The notes under the pieces are model-generated. The model was not told the DNA's origin, did no database searches, and worked only from the letters and a program-made list of their open reading frames with translations. Made by a program: the position numbers and the translations under genes. DNA of 64,000 bases, taken from assembly GCF_009914755.1 (NCBI RefSeq), contig NC_060925.1. One strand, 5' to 3'. Source of the stretch: the human T2T-CHM13v2.0 reference genome, Homo sapiens. Positions 26,405-38,662 of the stretch are shown in pieces. Every line of letters starts with the position of its first letter. Position 1 is the first letter of the stretch.

Positions 26405-28312
26405 TTCCTGCCTTCTTATATTAATAAGAAAAATAAAACAAAATGGTGTTGAAGTGTTGGCACGGTGAAAATTTTGGGGGGGTGGTATGGAGAGAGAATG
26501 GGCAATGCTTCTCAGGGTTGCTTCAAGCGGGATAACGGGCAGCATGGGAACTTAGCTGAAGGGAGGTCTTGTGGTAAGAGGTGATATTGTGGGGATGTTA
26601 TAAGAAACATTTGTTATATAGAATGATTGGTGATGGCCTGGATATGGTTTTGGATGAATTGAGAAACTAAATGGAATAACAGAAGGAGAAAAACAGGTAT
26701 AAAAGGTCTAAGAATTGGGACAACTCAGGATATCTGATTAGAGAGTGCCTAAGGAGATTCAGCATAGTCCTGCCAGCAAAGATTATTTATTTACTTCAAG
26801 AGTTAAGAGTGGCAGTTTGGGGATAGCACCAGGAGATATCAGCTGTGACGGCTTGGAAAAATGGTGTAAACCAGCAGTGTAAACAAGAGCAGGGCATGTA
26901 TGAGTAGTTGAGAACGGTGAATAGGAGTATGACTAGACAGAAGATAGTAGGGATGACAAGTTTTTTGGGGGGCACAGTCTAAGTTGGTCTGGTGTATGGA
27001 ATGAGACTGGGGCCTAATAAAAAGGAGCGTCTATACAGGAGCTCAAATGGGCTGTATCCTGTAGCATTCCGAGGACAGGCCTGAATTCTGAGAAGGGAAA
27101 GTGGTAAAAGTATTGTCCAGTCCTTTTTGGTGGCTGAGCTTGGTGAGGTGTGTTTTTAAAAGACCTTTAGTCCATTCTACTTTTCTTGAAGATGGAGGAC
27201 CATAAGGGATATAAAGGTTTCACTGAATACTAAGAGCCTGAAAAACTGCTTGGCTGATTTGACTAATAAAGGCTCGCCTGTTATCAGACTGTATTGAGGT
27301 GGGAAGGCTAAACTGAGGAATTATGTCTGACAGAAAGGAAGAAATGACTGCAGTGGCCTTCTCAGACCCTGTAGGAAAGGCCTCTACTTATTTTGAGGGC
27401 CTCTAAAATTATTAAAGCAGCGGCAGCCTCTGCACGCAGACATGAGGGCTAGGCTAAAACAGTAAGGTCCAGTTGTTTGGACAGAAAGGCTACAGGGTGC
27501 GGTCCTGGCTCTTGTGTAAGAATTCTGACTGCACTGACCATGCCTAGGAAGGAAAGAAGTTGTTGTTTTGTAAGGGATTGAGGTTTGGGAGATTAATCCG
27601 ACACGATCAGCAGGGAAAGCACGTGTGTTTTTATGAGAATTATGCCGAGATAGGTAACAGATGAGGATGAAATTTGGGCTTGACTGAAGTAATGGGGGCT
27701 GTCTGTGAAGCCTTGCGGCAGTACAGCCCAGGTAATTTGCTGAGCCTAATGGGTGTCAGGGTCAGTGTAAGTGAAAGCAAAGAGAGGCTGGGATGAAGGG
27801 TGCAAAGGAATAGTAAAGAAAGCATGTTTGAGATCTAGAACAGACTAATGGGTAGTAGAGGGAGGTATTGAGGATAGGAGAGTATACGGGTTTGGCACCA
27901 CGGGGTGGATAGGCAAAACAATTTGGTTGATAAGGAGCAGATCCTGAACTAACTTGTAAGGCTTGTCTGGTTTTAGGACAGGTAAAATGGGGGAATTGTA
28001 AGGAGAGTTTATAGGCTTTAAAAGGCCATGCTGTAGCAGGCGAGTGATAACAGGCTTTAATCTTTTTAAAGTGTGCTGTGGGATGGGATATTGGCATTGA
28101 GTGGGGTAAGGGTGATTAGGTTTTAATCAGATGGTAAGGGGTGCGTGATCAGTTGCCAAGGAGGGAGTACAGGTATCTTATACTTGTGGGTTAAGGTGGG
28201 GGGATACAAGAGGAGGACGCAAAGGAGGCTTTGGATTGGGAAGAAGGGTGGCAATGAGATATAGCTGTAGTCCAGGAATAGTCAGGGAAGCAGATAATTT
28301 AGTTAAAGTGTC

Positions 28313-28537
28313 TCAGCCTAGTAAGAGAACTGGGCAGGTGGGGATAACTAAAAAGGAGTGCTTAAAAGAGTATTGTCTAAGTTGGCACCAGAGTTGGGGA
28401 GTTTTAAGAGGTTTAGAAGCCTGGCCGTCAATACCCACAACAGTTATGGAGGCAAGGGAAACAGACCCTTGAAAAGAAGGTAATGTGGAGTGGGTAGCCT
28501 CTGTATTGATTAAGAAGGGGACGGACTTACCCTCCAC
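28313..28537 (-). pseudogene. HERV-H protease remnant
   Basis: EGKSVPFLINTEATHSTLP..VVGIDG..PTCPVLLLG; the catalytic DTGA motif reads NTEA. Confidence 0.8.
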
Positions 28538-30396
28538 TGTGAGTTACCTAAAGCTTGGCGTCCGAGATGGTCTACGGGGCTTCTGAGGTGATCAGGCAGC
28601 GTCAGTCTTCAGCCGGTAAGCCAAGAAGGAATCCGTCAGAGAGCCTTGGGCCAGAGTTCCAGGAGCTCTGGGAGTGGCTGCCAGGTGAGTTAAACAGTCC
28701 GATTTTCAGTGGGGTCACACACAGATGGGACGCGGCTTAGGAGGAATCCCGGGCTGCTGCGGGCGTTCCTTGGCCCAGTGGCCAGATTTCCGTCATGTGT
28801 AGCAGGATCCTGGAGGAGGAGGTTCTGGAGGAATGCCTGGCTGCTACAGTTCAGACGTTTGGAAGTTCTTGTGTGCTGGAGATGTGGCTGGGGTTTGTCT
28901 CACAGTGGAGGCAAGGAATTGCAACTTTTTTCTGTTATTACACACCTTGAAGGTGAGGTTCATTAAGTCCTGTTGTGGGGTTTGAGGGCCAGATTCCAAT
29001 TTTTGGAGTTTTATTTAATGTCGGGAGCAGATTGGGTAATAAAATGTATATTGAGAATAAGTTGGCCTTTTGACCTTTTAGGGTCTAGGGCTGTAAAGCG
29101 TCTCAGGGTTGCTGCCAAACGAGCCATGAACTGGGCTGGATTTTTATATTTGATGAAAAAGCCTAAACGCTATCTGATTTGGGATAAAGAAAAAGGAGCA
29201 TTAACCTTGACTATGCCTTTAGCTCCAGCCACCTTTTTAAGAATAAATTGCTGGGCCAGGTGCGGGAGGGCTAGTCACGGAATGAAACTGCAAGCCGGAG
29301 CAGGTGTGAGGAGGGGAGGCGATAAAAAGATTATAGGGTGGAGCAGTGGAGGCTGAGGAAGAATTGGGACCTAGCTAAGCCCTTCGAGGAGGGGAGAGGT
29401 CAGATGGGTCTGTAGAAAAGGGAGATTAGAAAGACTCAGTGACGCTTGGGGTTGGTACTGAGGGGACAGGCGGGAGGGAAAGAAGGAAGATTTGGGATGA
29501 GTTGCACTGGGCACAGAGACTAGGAAGGGACTGATGTGTAAAAAGAATGCCTGGACGTCAGGCACCTCAGACCATTTGCCCATTTTATGACAAGAATTAT
29601 TTAGATCTTGTAGGATGGAAAAATTGAAAGTGCTATTTTCTGGCTATTTGGAACTACTGTTGAGTTTGTATTGGGGTCAAGCGGCATTGCAGAAGAAAAT
29701 AAGGCACTTAGGTTTTAGGTCAGGTGTGAGTTGAAGAGGTTTTAAGTTTTTGAGAACACAGGCTAAGGGAGAAGGAGGAGGAATGGAAGGTGGAAGCTTA
29801 CCCATAGTGAAGGAGGCAAGCCCAGAGAAAAGAGTAGAGACAGGGAGAAAGGGCAGAGGGTTCTTGCCCTCCAGAAAAGCAGAGAAGGGGTTGGGGCACA
29901 GAAATAAGGGATGGGGGCACAGAGATAATAGGTCAGGGTGCAGAAATAAGTGATGGGGGCACAGAGATAAGAGGTTGGGTTGCCGAAATAAGCAATTGGG
30001 GGGTTCTTGCCCACTAGGAAAACGGGACTTGCCGCTAAGGGTGAAGGAGAAGGGGTTGAGGGGTACTTGCCCTGCCCCAGGAAAGCGGGACTTGCTGCTA
30101 AGGGTGAAGGACCAAGGCAGGCATCCCTGCGTGGTCTGACACCCTTGAAATGTGAGTGTATAATCAGAGAGGCGTCCCTGCAATGATTAAACACCAAGGG
30201 AATGCTGCCTTCCCAGTCCGTGACCTGCGCTGGAGTTTTGGGTTCACAGATAAAACATGTCTCTTTTGTCTCTACCAGAAAATGAAAGGAATTGACATTA
30301 AGAGAAGGGAGAGATTGAAGTGTGGTGCCAAGATTGAAAGGAGAAAGAGGTTGAGGGATAGTGAGGGAGGTTGGAGAAGAGAGTAAAAAGAGGCCG

Positions 30397-30403
30397 CTTA
30401 CCG
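30397..30403 (-). promoter_or_regulatory. HERV-H leader major splice donor (provirus 1)
   Basis: Minus strand CG|GTAAGC about 150 nt downstream of the 5' LTR, the known position of the HERV-H splice donor. Confidence 0.7.
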
Positions 30404-30527
30404 GATTTGAAATTGGTGAGATGTTTCTTGGGCTGGTTGGTCTGAGGACCTGAGGTCGTAGGTGGATCTTTCTCATGGAGCAAAGAGCAGGAGGACAGGG
30501 GATTGATCTCCCAAGGGAGGTCCCCCA

Positions 30528-30545
30528 CTCCAAGTCACGGCACCA
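30528..30545 (-). promoter_or_regulatory. Primer-binding site, tRNA-His (provirus 1)
   Basis: TGGTGCCGTGACTTGGAG, a 16/18 match to TGGTGCCGTGACTCGGAT. Confidence 0.9.
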
Positions 30546-30547
30546 AA

Positions 30548-30999
30548 TTTCATGCACGTCCGTGTGAAGAGACCACCAAACAGGCTTTGTGTGAGCAACA
30601 TGGCTGTTTATTTCACCTGGGTGCAGGCGGGCTGAGTCCAAAAAGAGAGTCCGCGAAGGGAAATAAGGGTGGGGCCGTTTTATAGGATTTGGGTAGGTAA
30701 AGGAAAATGACAGTCAAAGGGGGTTTGTTCTGTGGCGGGGAGGAGTGGGGGTCGCAAGGTGCTCAATGGGGTGCTTTTTGAGCCAGGATGAGCCAGGAAA
30801 AGGACTTTCACAAGGTAACGTCATCACTTAAGGCAAGGACCGGCCATTTACACTTCTTTTGTGGTGGAATGTCATCAGTTAAGGTGGGGCAGGGCATATT
30901 CACTTCTTTTGTGATTCTTCAGTTACTTCAGGCCATCTGGGCATATATGTGCAAGTCACAGGGGATGTGATGGCTTGGCCTGGGCTCAGAGGCCTGACA
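30548..30999 (-). promoter_or_regulatory. LTR7, 5' LTR (promoter) of provirus 1
   Basis: TATAAAA (plus 30678-30684), adjacent GGGTGGGG KLF/Sp-type box, two CACAAAAGAAGTG copies in U3; next to the PBS. Confidence 0.93.
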
Positions 31000-32699
31000 G
31001 TTAAGGCTACGCTGTGTCTTAGAGAAAGGAAATAAAAGTGTATGTGACTATGCTGTGCACAGCAGAAGGTTGATATTACTTTTACAGGTGCCTGTACATG
31101 TAGATTCTAAGTTGGGGATAATTTATAAGCATGTCAAAACTTGTAAAATTTAGAAAATGTATTGTAATGAGATATTGTCATGGAAAGCCTAATATTCAGG
31201 TATTTGAACATTGCAGAACAGGACATTTCTATGTACTAATAATTTTGAGTACCTTGACGCCTGTTTTATGCTAAGTGTTTTGCTCCCTCAAAATTATCCT
31301 CTCATTTTACTCCATGAATCATGCAAATCACTGGTTAGACAATTTCGCTGAGTGGATAACTGATGGTCTGCTGTCCTAGGTTTAAATGAAGAATGCTCTT
31401 TTAAAGGTAAAGTTGAATTACGGTGGTAATCTTCTTTTTGGGTAAAATATGTTTCTAAAGTGGATCCTTAACATAACTGATTCCTAAATAACTTTACACT
31501 TGTAATCTATTTAAACAGGACTCTTGTGTTTGCTTGTGTGTGAAGGTCCAGTTAAAAAAACAAAAACAAAAACAAAAACACTCTGAATATCAAGCTTTGC
31601 TTTACCTACCACAGAAATCAGTGGTATTCTCTATGAAATAAGCTGCTGTTTCCATGGAGAGAATTTGACTGAGATATAAGTTGTTCTCATGCACATTATA
31701 AGGACAGCTGAACATTCTCAAATAATTTACTAGCAACATACATGCATTCTTTGCTTGGAGTAACCATACAGTATTTAACAGATAATTCAGTATTCAAAGA
31801 TATCTATTAAAGTATTATCTTAAGTATGATGTCATTACCAGCTTTTTTGTATGGATACAAAATAACAAAACTCCACAAGGAACACATATTCAAGTTGGAT
31901 AGATAACATGTAACACACCAAAACTTAAATTGAGAATTAAATTAAAACATGATACATGCTTCAAGAGAGGTCACCCAAATATGGGTTATTCAAGAAGCGA
32001 TATAGTTAGGGATGAGTGCTAAAAAAAATTATTAAATGCGATCAGAAAAGGCTTTCAGGAAGTAGAGACTGAACTAGATCTTAAAGAAGAGGATTTGGTC
32101 ATGCTAATTGAAATAGAGCTTGTATAATCTTTTGGGAATGAATGCAGGGCATCCTAGGAATCCTGGGGCCTGTAGATTGCAAAGATCAAAATGCATGTGT
32201 GGAGCTACAAGATATTGACACAAAGAATGGAACTTTGGAACAAAGTTGAGTCTCACTTTCAAGGCCAAGCAGAAGTCCCATTGTTAGAAGTTAAGTACAA
32301 GCTGTGAGCAAAAATAAGAAACATTATTAAAGTCATGTGGCCAGTGTGTATATCTGTGACATTCTCATTCAGAGATCCCATTTAACCTGCAAACATTGAT
32401 CCTTTTGTGATTCAAGATTGCTAATTGTGCTGCCAAAGATGGTAAAGAAACTTATCTAAGCCATCTCTTCTCAGCACTATTCTAAGTACTTTAATACAGT
32501 TTTTTTTCAGGTGTCAAAAAACAGGCTCATATGTATTACAGAGAGCCAATTGAGGCTCAAAATCTCTCAGGTGTGGTACAGGTCTCTCTGACTCTGCTGT
32601 CTATGTTCTTTGTTAAAACGCATTCCGTAATCCCACTTCACAGAAGGCTGGCAAGTTGATTACCATGGCACTTACCACTCTTCTCTACATTTCTCTGGA

Positions 32700-33302
32700 T
32701 GTGTCATGTTCTTTATTAAACTCAATCTCAATTTTGTTCAACTCCTCCCTGTTATATCTATCTGGAATAACTCAAACCTTTGATCACTGTTACTATAGTC
32801 ACTCCCTTACCACCAACTCATTTCTGCAAAATCTGAAATGTCATTTATTCAGGTCCTCAACGACACCATACTTATCCAACTCAGTGCATATTTTTCAGCT
32901 TAGGATCCTGGTGGGCACCTCTGCAGTATTTAATATTGTTGATCATGGTATCTGTTTGGAAAAACTCCTGTTTCTTGCTTTTCATAGCACACTTTGCTAC
33001 CTCTCACACCACTAAGGCCATTCATCTTTACTTCCTTATGGGTTCTACTTCATCTCACTTATTAACATGTGGAATTTTCTCCTCAAATTCTGACATGCAC
33101 ACAGCCCGAGGATAATCTTTAGTGAAATTATTTTAACTACTAACATACATTCTGAAGACTCAAAACTTCATATATTGTAATACCTCAGTTTGCCTGTCAC
33201 TTCTCTGTCTAAATCACATTAATAGCTTCCCAACAACATATTCACATACCCCAGAGAATGGGAAATGATTACAAGATTCATGTTTGGTCTGTGCTCCATA
33301 TT
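32700..33302 (+). mobile_element. L2 LINE remnant interrupted by provirus 2
   Basis: Pyrimidine-rich degenerate L2-like text (CACCTCTGCAGTATTTAATATTGTTGATCATG..); similar sequence resumes after ~39832. Confidence 0.45.
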
Positions 33303-33307
33303 ATTCC

Positions 33308-33758
33308 TTTCATGCGCGTCCGTGTGAAGAGACCACCAAACAGGCTTTGTGTGAGCAATAAAGCTTTTAATCACCTGGGTGCAGGTGGGCTGAGTCCGAA
33401 AAGAAAGTCAGTGAATGGAGATAAGGGTGGGGCCATTTTATAGGATTTGGGTAGGTAAAGGAAAATTACAGTCAAAGGGGGTTTGTTCTCTGGTGGGAAG
33501 GAGTGGGGTTCGCAAGGTGCTCAGTGGGGGTGCTTTTTGAGCCAGAATGAGCCAGGAAAAGGACTTTCACAAGGTAATGTCATCAGTTAAGTCAAGGACC
33601 AGCCATTTACACTTCTTTTGTGGTGGAATGTCATCAGTTAAGGTGGGGGAGGGCATATTTACTTCTTTTGTAATTCTTCAGTTACTTCAGGCCATCTGGG
33701 TATATACGTGCAAGTCACAGGGGATGCGATGGCTTGGCTTGGGCTCAGAGGCCTGACA
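33308..33758 (-). repeat. LTR7, 3' LTR of provirus 2 (variant R region)
   Basis: 451 bp; poly(A) signal is ATTAAA (plus TTTAAT 33366-33371); PPT follows at 33759-33771. Confidence 0.95.
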
Positions 33759-35614
33759 TTCCTGCCTTCTTATATTAATAAGAAAAATAGAACAAAATGG
33801 TGTTGAAGTGTTGGGGCGGCAAAAATTTTTGGGGGGTGATATGGAGAGAGAATGGGCGATGTTTCTCAGGGCTGCTTCATGCGGGATTAGGGATGGTGTG
33901 GGAACCTAGAGTGGGAGAGATTAAGCTGAAGGGAGGTCTTGTGGTAAGGGGTGATATTGTGGGGATGTTAGAAGAAACATTTGTCGTATAGAATGATTGG
34001 TGATGGCCTGGATATGGTTTTGGATGAATTGAGAAACTAAATGGAATAACAGAAGGAGAAAAACAGGTATAAAAGGTCTAAGAATTGGGACGACTCAAGA
34101 TATCTGATTAGAGAGTGCCTAAGGAGATTCAGCATAGTCCTGCCAACAAAGATTATTTATTTACTTCAAGAGTTAAGAGTGGCAGTTTGGGGATAGCACC
34201 AGGAGATATCAGCTGTGACGGCTTGGAAAAATGGTGTAAACCGGCAGTGTAAACAAGAGCAGGGCATGTATGAGTAGTTGAGAACGGTGAATAGGAGTAT
34301 GACTAGACAGAAGATAGTAGGGATGACAAGTTTTTTTGGGGGCACAGTCTAAGTTGGTCTGGTGTATGGAATGAGACTGGGGCCTAATAAAAAGGAGCGT
34401 CTATACAGGAGCTCAAATGGGCTGTACCCTGTAGCATTCCAAGGACAGGCCTGAATTCTGAGAAGGGAAAGTGGTAAAAGTATTGTCCAGTCCTTTTTGG
34501 TGGCTGAGCTTGGTGAGGTGTGTTTTTAAAAGACCTTTAGTCTGTTCTACTTTTCTTGAAGATGGAGGACCGTAAGGGATATAAAGGTTTCACTGAATAC
34601 TAAGAGCCTGAAAAACTGCTTGGCTGATTTGACTAATAAAGGCTCGTCTGTTATCAGACTGTATTGAGGTGGGAAGGTTAAACTGAGGAATTATGTCTGA
34701 CAGAACGGAAGAAATGACTGCGGTGGCCTTCTCAGACCCTGTAGGAAAGGCCTCTACCTATCCAGTGAAAGTATCTACCTAGACTAAGGTATTTTAGTTA
34801 TCTGACTCGGGGCATGTTGAGTAAAGCTAATTTGCCAGTCCTGGGTGGGGGCAAATCCTCGAGCTTGATGTGTAGGGAAGGGAGGGGGCCTGAATAATCC
34901 CTGAGGAGTAGTAGAATAGCAGATGGAACACTGAGAAGTTATTTCCTTGAGGATAGATTTCCACGATGGAAAGGAAATGAGAGGTTCTAAGAGGCAGGCT
35001 AGTGGCTTGTACTATAGTATAACCTGCCTTTGCTGTGTGTGGCGATTAGGCCTGGAGGAACCGCCATCAATAAATCAAGCGTGATCAGGGTGAGGAACAG
35101 GAATGAAGGAAATTTGGGGAAATGGGGTTAATGTCAGGTGGATCAGAGAGATACAGTCATGTGGGGTCAGGTGTGGTATCTGGAATAATGTGGGAGGCCG
35201 GATTGAAGTCTGAGCCAGGAACAACGGTAATTGTGGGACTTAAAAAAGAGTGAGTACAGCTGAAGGAGCTGGGGAGCAGAAAGTATATGCGTCAGGTATG
35301 AGGAAGAAAATAGATTTTGGAAGTTAAGAGAACTGTAGAGAGTGAGTTGAGCATAGTTTGTGATTTTGAGGGCCTCTAAAAGTATTAAAGCAGTGGCAGC
35401 CGCTGCATACAGATATGAGGGCTAGGCTAAAACAATAAGGTCAAGTTGTTTGGACAGAAAGCCTACAGGGTGTGGTCCTGGCTCTTGTGTAAGAATTCTG
35501 ACTGCGCTAACCATGCCTAGGAAGAAAAGGAGTTGTTGTTTTGTAGAAGGTGCTTGGGTTTGAGAGATCAGTTGGACACGATTGGCAGGGAGAGCACTTG
35601 TGTTTTTATGAGAA

Positions 35615-36134
35615 TTATGCCAAGATGGGTAACAGATGAGGAAGAAATTTGGGCTTGATTGAAGTAATGGGGGCTGTCTGTGAAGCTTTGCGGCAGTACA
35701 GCCTAGGTAATTTGCTGAGCTTGATGGGTGTCAGGGTCAGTCCAAGTGAAAGCGAAGAGACGCTGGGACTAAGGGTGCAAAGGAATAGTAAAGAAAGCAT
35801 GTTTGAGATCCAGAACAGAATAATGGGTTGTAGAGGCAGGTATTGAGGATAGGAGAGTATATGGGTTTGGCACCACGGGGTGGATAGGCAAAACAATTTG
35901 GTTGGTAAGGCGCAGATCCTGAACTAACTTGTAAGGCTTGTCTGGTTTTAGGACAGGTAAAATGGGGGAATTGTAAGGAGAGTTTATAGGCTTTAAAAGG
36001 CCAGGCTGTAGCAGGCGAGTGATAACAGGCTTTAATCTTTTTAAAGCGTGCTGCGGGATGGGATATTGGCATTGAGTGGGGTAAGTGTGATTAGGTTTTA
36101 ATGAGATGGTAAGGGGTGCATGATCGGTCGCCAA
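35615..36134 (-). pseudogene. HERV-H pol reverse transcriptase remnant lacking YxDD
   Basis: [49 protein letters not shown]. Downstream FTDSPHYFNQA runs directly into QISSSSVTHLG, so the YxDD block is deleted; provirus 1 is the same. Confidence 0.85.
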
Positions 36135-36273
36135 GGAGGGAGTACAGGTATCTTATACTTGTGGGTTAAGGTGGGGGGATACAAGAGGAGGATGCAAAGG
36201 AGGCTTTGGATTGGGAAGAAGGGCGGCAATGAGATATAGCTGTAGTCCAGGAATAGTCAGGGAAGCAGATAAT

Positions 36274-36480
36274 TTAGTTAATGGGGATAACTAAAAAGGA
36301 GTGCTTAAAAGAGTATTGTCTAAGTTGGCACCAGAGTTGGGGAGTTTTAAGAGGTTTAGAAGCCTGGCCGTCAATATCCACAACAGTTATGGAGGCAAGG
36401 GAAACAGCCCCTTGAAAAGAAGATAATGTGGAGTGGGTAGCCTCTGTATTGATTAAGAAGGGGACGGGCTTACCTTCCAC
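36274..36480 (-). pseudogene. HERV-H protease remnant (provirus 2)
   Basis: EGKPVPFLINTEATHSTL; C-terminal ~33-bp deletion relative to provirus 1. Confidence 0.8.
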
Positions 36481-36714
36481 TGTGAGAGTTACCCGAAGCT
36501 CGGCATCCGTGATGGTCTAGGGGGCGTCCAAGGTGATCGGGCAGTGTCAGTCTTCAGCCGCTAAGCCAAGAAGATCCGGGAAGGAATCAGCCAGAGAGCC
36601 TTGGGCCAGAGTTCCAGGAGCTCTGGGAGTGGCTGCCAGGTGAGTTGAACAGTCCGAATTTCATTGGGGTCCCACAGAGATGGGACGTGGCTTAGGAGGA
36701 ATCCTGGGCTGTGG

Positions 36715-36951
36715 GCATTCCTTGGCCTAGTGGCCAGATTTCCAGCACATGTAGCAAGCTCCTGGGGGAGGAGGTTCTGGAGGAATGCCTGGCTGCTGCG
36801 GTTCAGGCGTTTGGAAGTTCTTGTGTGCTGGAGATGTGGCTGGGGTTTGTCTCACAGTGGAGGCAAGGAATTGCAACTTTTTTCTGTTATTGTACACCTT
36901 GAAGGTGACGTTAGTTAAGTCCTGTTGTGGGGTTTGAGGGCCAGATTCCAA
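36715..36951 (-). pseudogene. HERV-H gag C-terminal/nucleocapsid remnant
   Basis: GPQTPQQDL..FKVYNNR..PPPGACYMCWKSGH, a degenerate CCHC zinc knuckle. Confidence 0.75.
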
Positions 36952-38006
36952 TTTTTGGAGTTTTATTTAATGTCGGGAGCAGATTGGGTAATAAAATTTA
37001 TTTTGAGAATAAGACGGCCTTTTGACTTTTTAGGGTCTAGGGCTGTAAAGCGTCTCAGGGTTGCTGCCAAACAAGCCATGAACTGGGCTGGATTTTTATA
37101 TTTGATGAAAAAGCCTAAACGCTATCTGATTTGGGATAAAGAAAAAGGAGCATTAACCTTGACTATGCCTTTGGCTTTTTAAGAGTAAATTACTGGGCAG
37201 GTGCGGGAGGGCTAGTCACGGAACGAAACTGTAAGCTGGACCAGGTGTGAGGAGGGGAGGTGATAAAAAGATTATAGGGTGGAGCAGTGGAGGTTGAGGA
37301 AGAATTGGGACCTAGCTCGGCCTGGCGAGGAGCAGCCTGGGGAGGAAGGGAGAGGTCAGATGGGTCTGTAGAAAAGGAAGATTAGAAAGACTCAGCGAAG
37401 CTTGGGGTTGGTACTGAGGGGACAGGCGGGAGGGAAAGAAAGAAGATTTGGGACGAGTTGCACTGGGCACAGAGAGTAGGAAGGGATTGATGTGTAAAAG
37501 AATGCTTGGATGTCAGGCACCTCAGACCGTTTGCCTATTTTACGACAAGAATTATTTAGATCTTGCACGATGGAAAAATTGAAAGTGCCATTTTCTGGCT
37601 ATTTGGAACTACTGTCGAGTTTGTATTGGGGTCAAGCGGCATTGCAGAAGAAAATAAGGCATTTAGGTTTTAGGTCAGGTGTGAGTTGAAGAGGTTTTAA
37701 GTTTTTGAGAACACAGGCCAAGGGAGTAGAAGGAGGAATGGAGGGTGGAATGTTGCCCATAGTGAAGGAAGCAAGCCTAGAGAAAAGAGAGTAGAGAAAT
37801 GGAGGGAAGGGGTTTGGGGGTTCTTACCTTCCAGAAAAGTTGGAAAAGGGGTTGGGGTGCAGAGATAAGAGGTTGGGGTGTGGAAATAAGGGATTGGGGC
37901 ACAGAGATATAAGAGGTCGGGGTGTGGAAATAAGGGATTGGGGCACACAGATAAGAGGTTGGGGCATGGAAATAAGGGATTGGGTGTTCTTGCCCTGTAA
38001 AAAAGC

Positions 38007-38223
38007 AGGACTTGCTGCTAAGGGTGAAGGAGAAGGGGTTGAGGGGTACTTGCCCCTGCCCCAGGAAAGTGGGACTTGCCACTAAGGGTGAAGGAGAAGG
38101 GGTTGAGGGGTACTTGCCCCTGCCCCAGGAAAGTGGGACTTGCCACTAAGGGTGAAGGAGAAGGGGTTGAGGGGTACTTGCCCCTGCCCCAGGAAAGCGG
38201 GACTTGCCACTAAGGGTGAAGGA
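38007..38223. repeat. 64-bp tandem repeat (3 units plus partial) in the HERV-H leader
   Basis: Unit GGGACTTGCCACTAAGGGTGAAGGAGAAGGGGTTGAGGGGTACTTGCCCCTGCCCCAGGAAAGT; starts at 38007, 38071, 38135 and 38199. Confidence 0.92.
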
Positions 38224-38639
38224 CCAAGGCAGGTGTCCCTGCATGGTCCAACACCCTTGAAACGTGAGTGTATAATCAGAGAGGCGTCCCTGCAATGATT
38301 AAACACCAAGGGAAGGCTGCCTTCCCAGTTCGTGACCAGTGCCGGAGTTTTGGGTCCAGGGATAAAACGTGTCTCCTTTGTCTCTACCAGAAAATGAAAG
38401 GAATTGAAATTAAGAGAAGAGAGAGATTGAAGTGTGGTGCCAAGATTGAAAGGAGAAAGAGGTTGAGGGATAGTGAGGGAGGTTGGAGAAGAGAGTAAAA
38501 AGAGGCCGCTTACCGGATTTGAAATTGGTGAGATGTTTCTTGGGCTGGTTGGTCTGAGGACCTGAGGTCGTAGGTGGATCTTTCTCATGGAGGAAAGAGC
38601 AGGAGGACAGGGGATTGATCTCCCAAGGGAGGTCCCCCG

Positions 38640-38660
38640 ATCCGAGGAGTCATGGCACCA
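38640..38660 (-). promoter_or_regulatory. Disrupted tRNA-His primer-binding site (provirus 2)
   Basis: Plus ATCCGAG-GAG-TCATGGCACCA: a 3-nt duplication and one CpG transition relative to ATCCGAGTCACGGCACCA. Confidence 0.85.
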
Positions 38661-38662
38661 AA

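Larger units (their letters stand above)
25952..30999 (-). mobile_element. HERV-H provirus 1 (two LTR7, internally deleted, non-autonomous)
   Basis: LTRs at 25952-26404 and 30548-30999 (TGTCAGGCC...CATGAAA on minus); exact 5-bp TSD GTTAA at 25947-25951 and 31000-31004; PBS-His, PPT, and gag/pro/pol remnants. Confidence 0.97.

Noticed and set aside
27600-28540. Functional retroviral pro/pol or env
   Set aside because: The protease motif is NTEA, the RT YxDD block is deleted, there are stops and frameshifts, and env is mostly missing.
29763-30641. 292-aa ORF (and 202-aa ORF 38082..38690) as a novel protein
   Set aside because: They span the LTR R/U5 and the C-rich HERV-H leader, where stop codons are depleted by composition and repeats. 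The frames are not conserved between the two copies and no domain is recognisable.
38007-38223. CRISPR-like array
   Set aside because: Head-to-tail units without unique spacers, inside a primate ERV.
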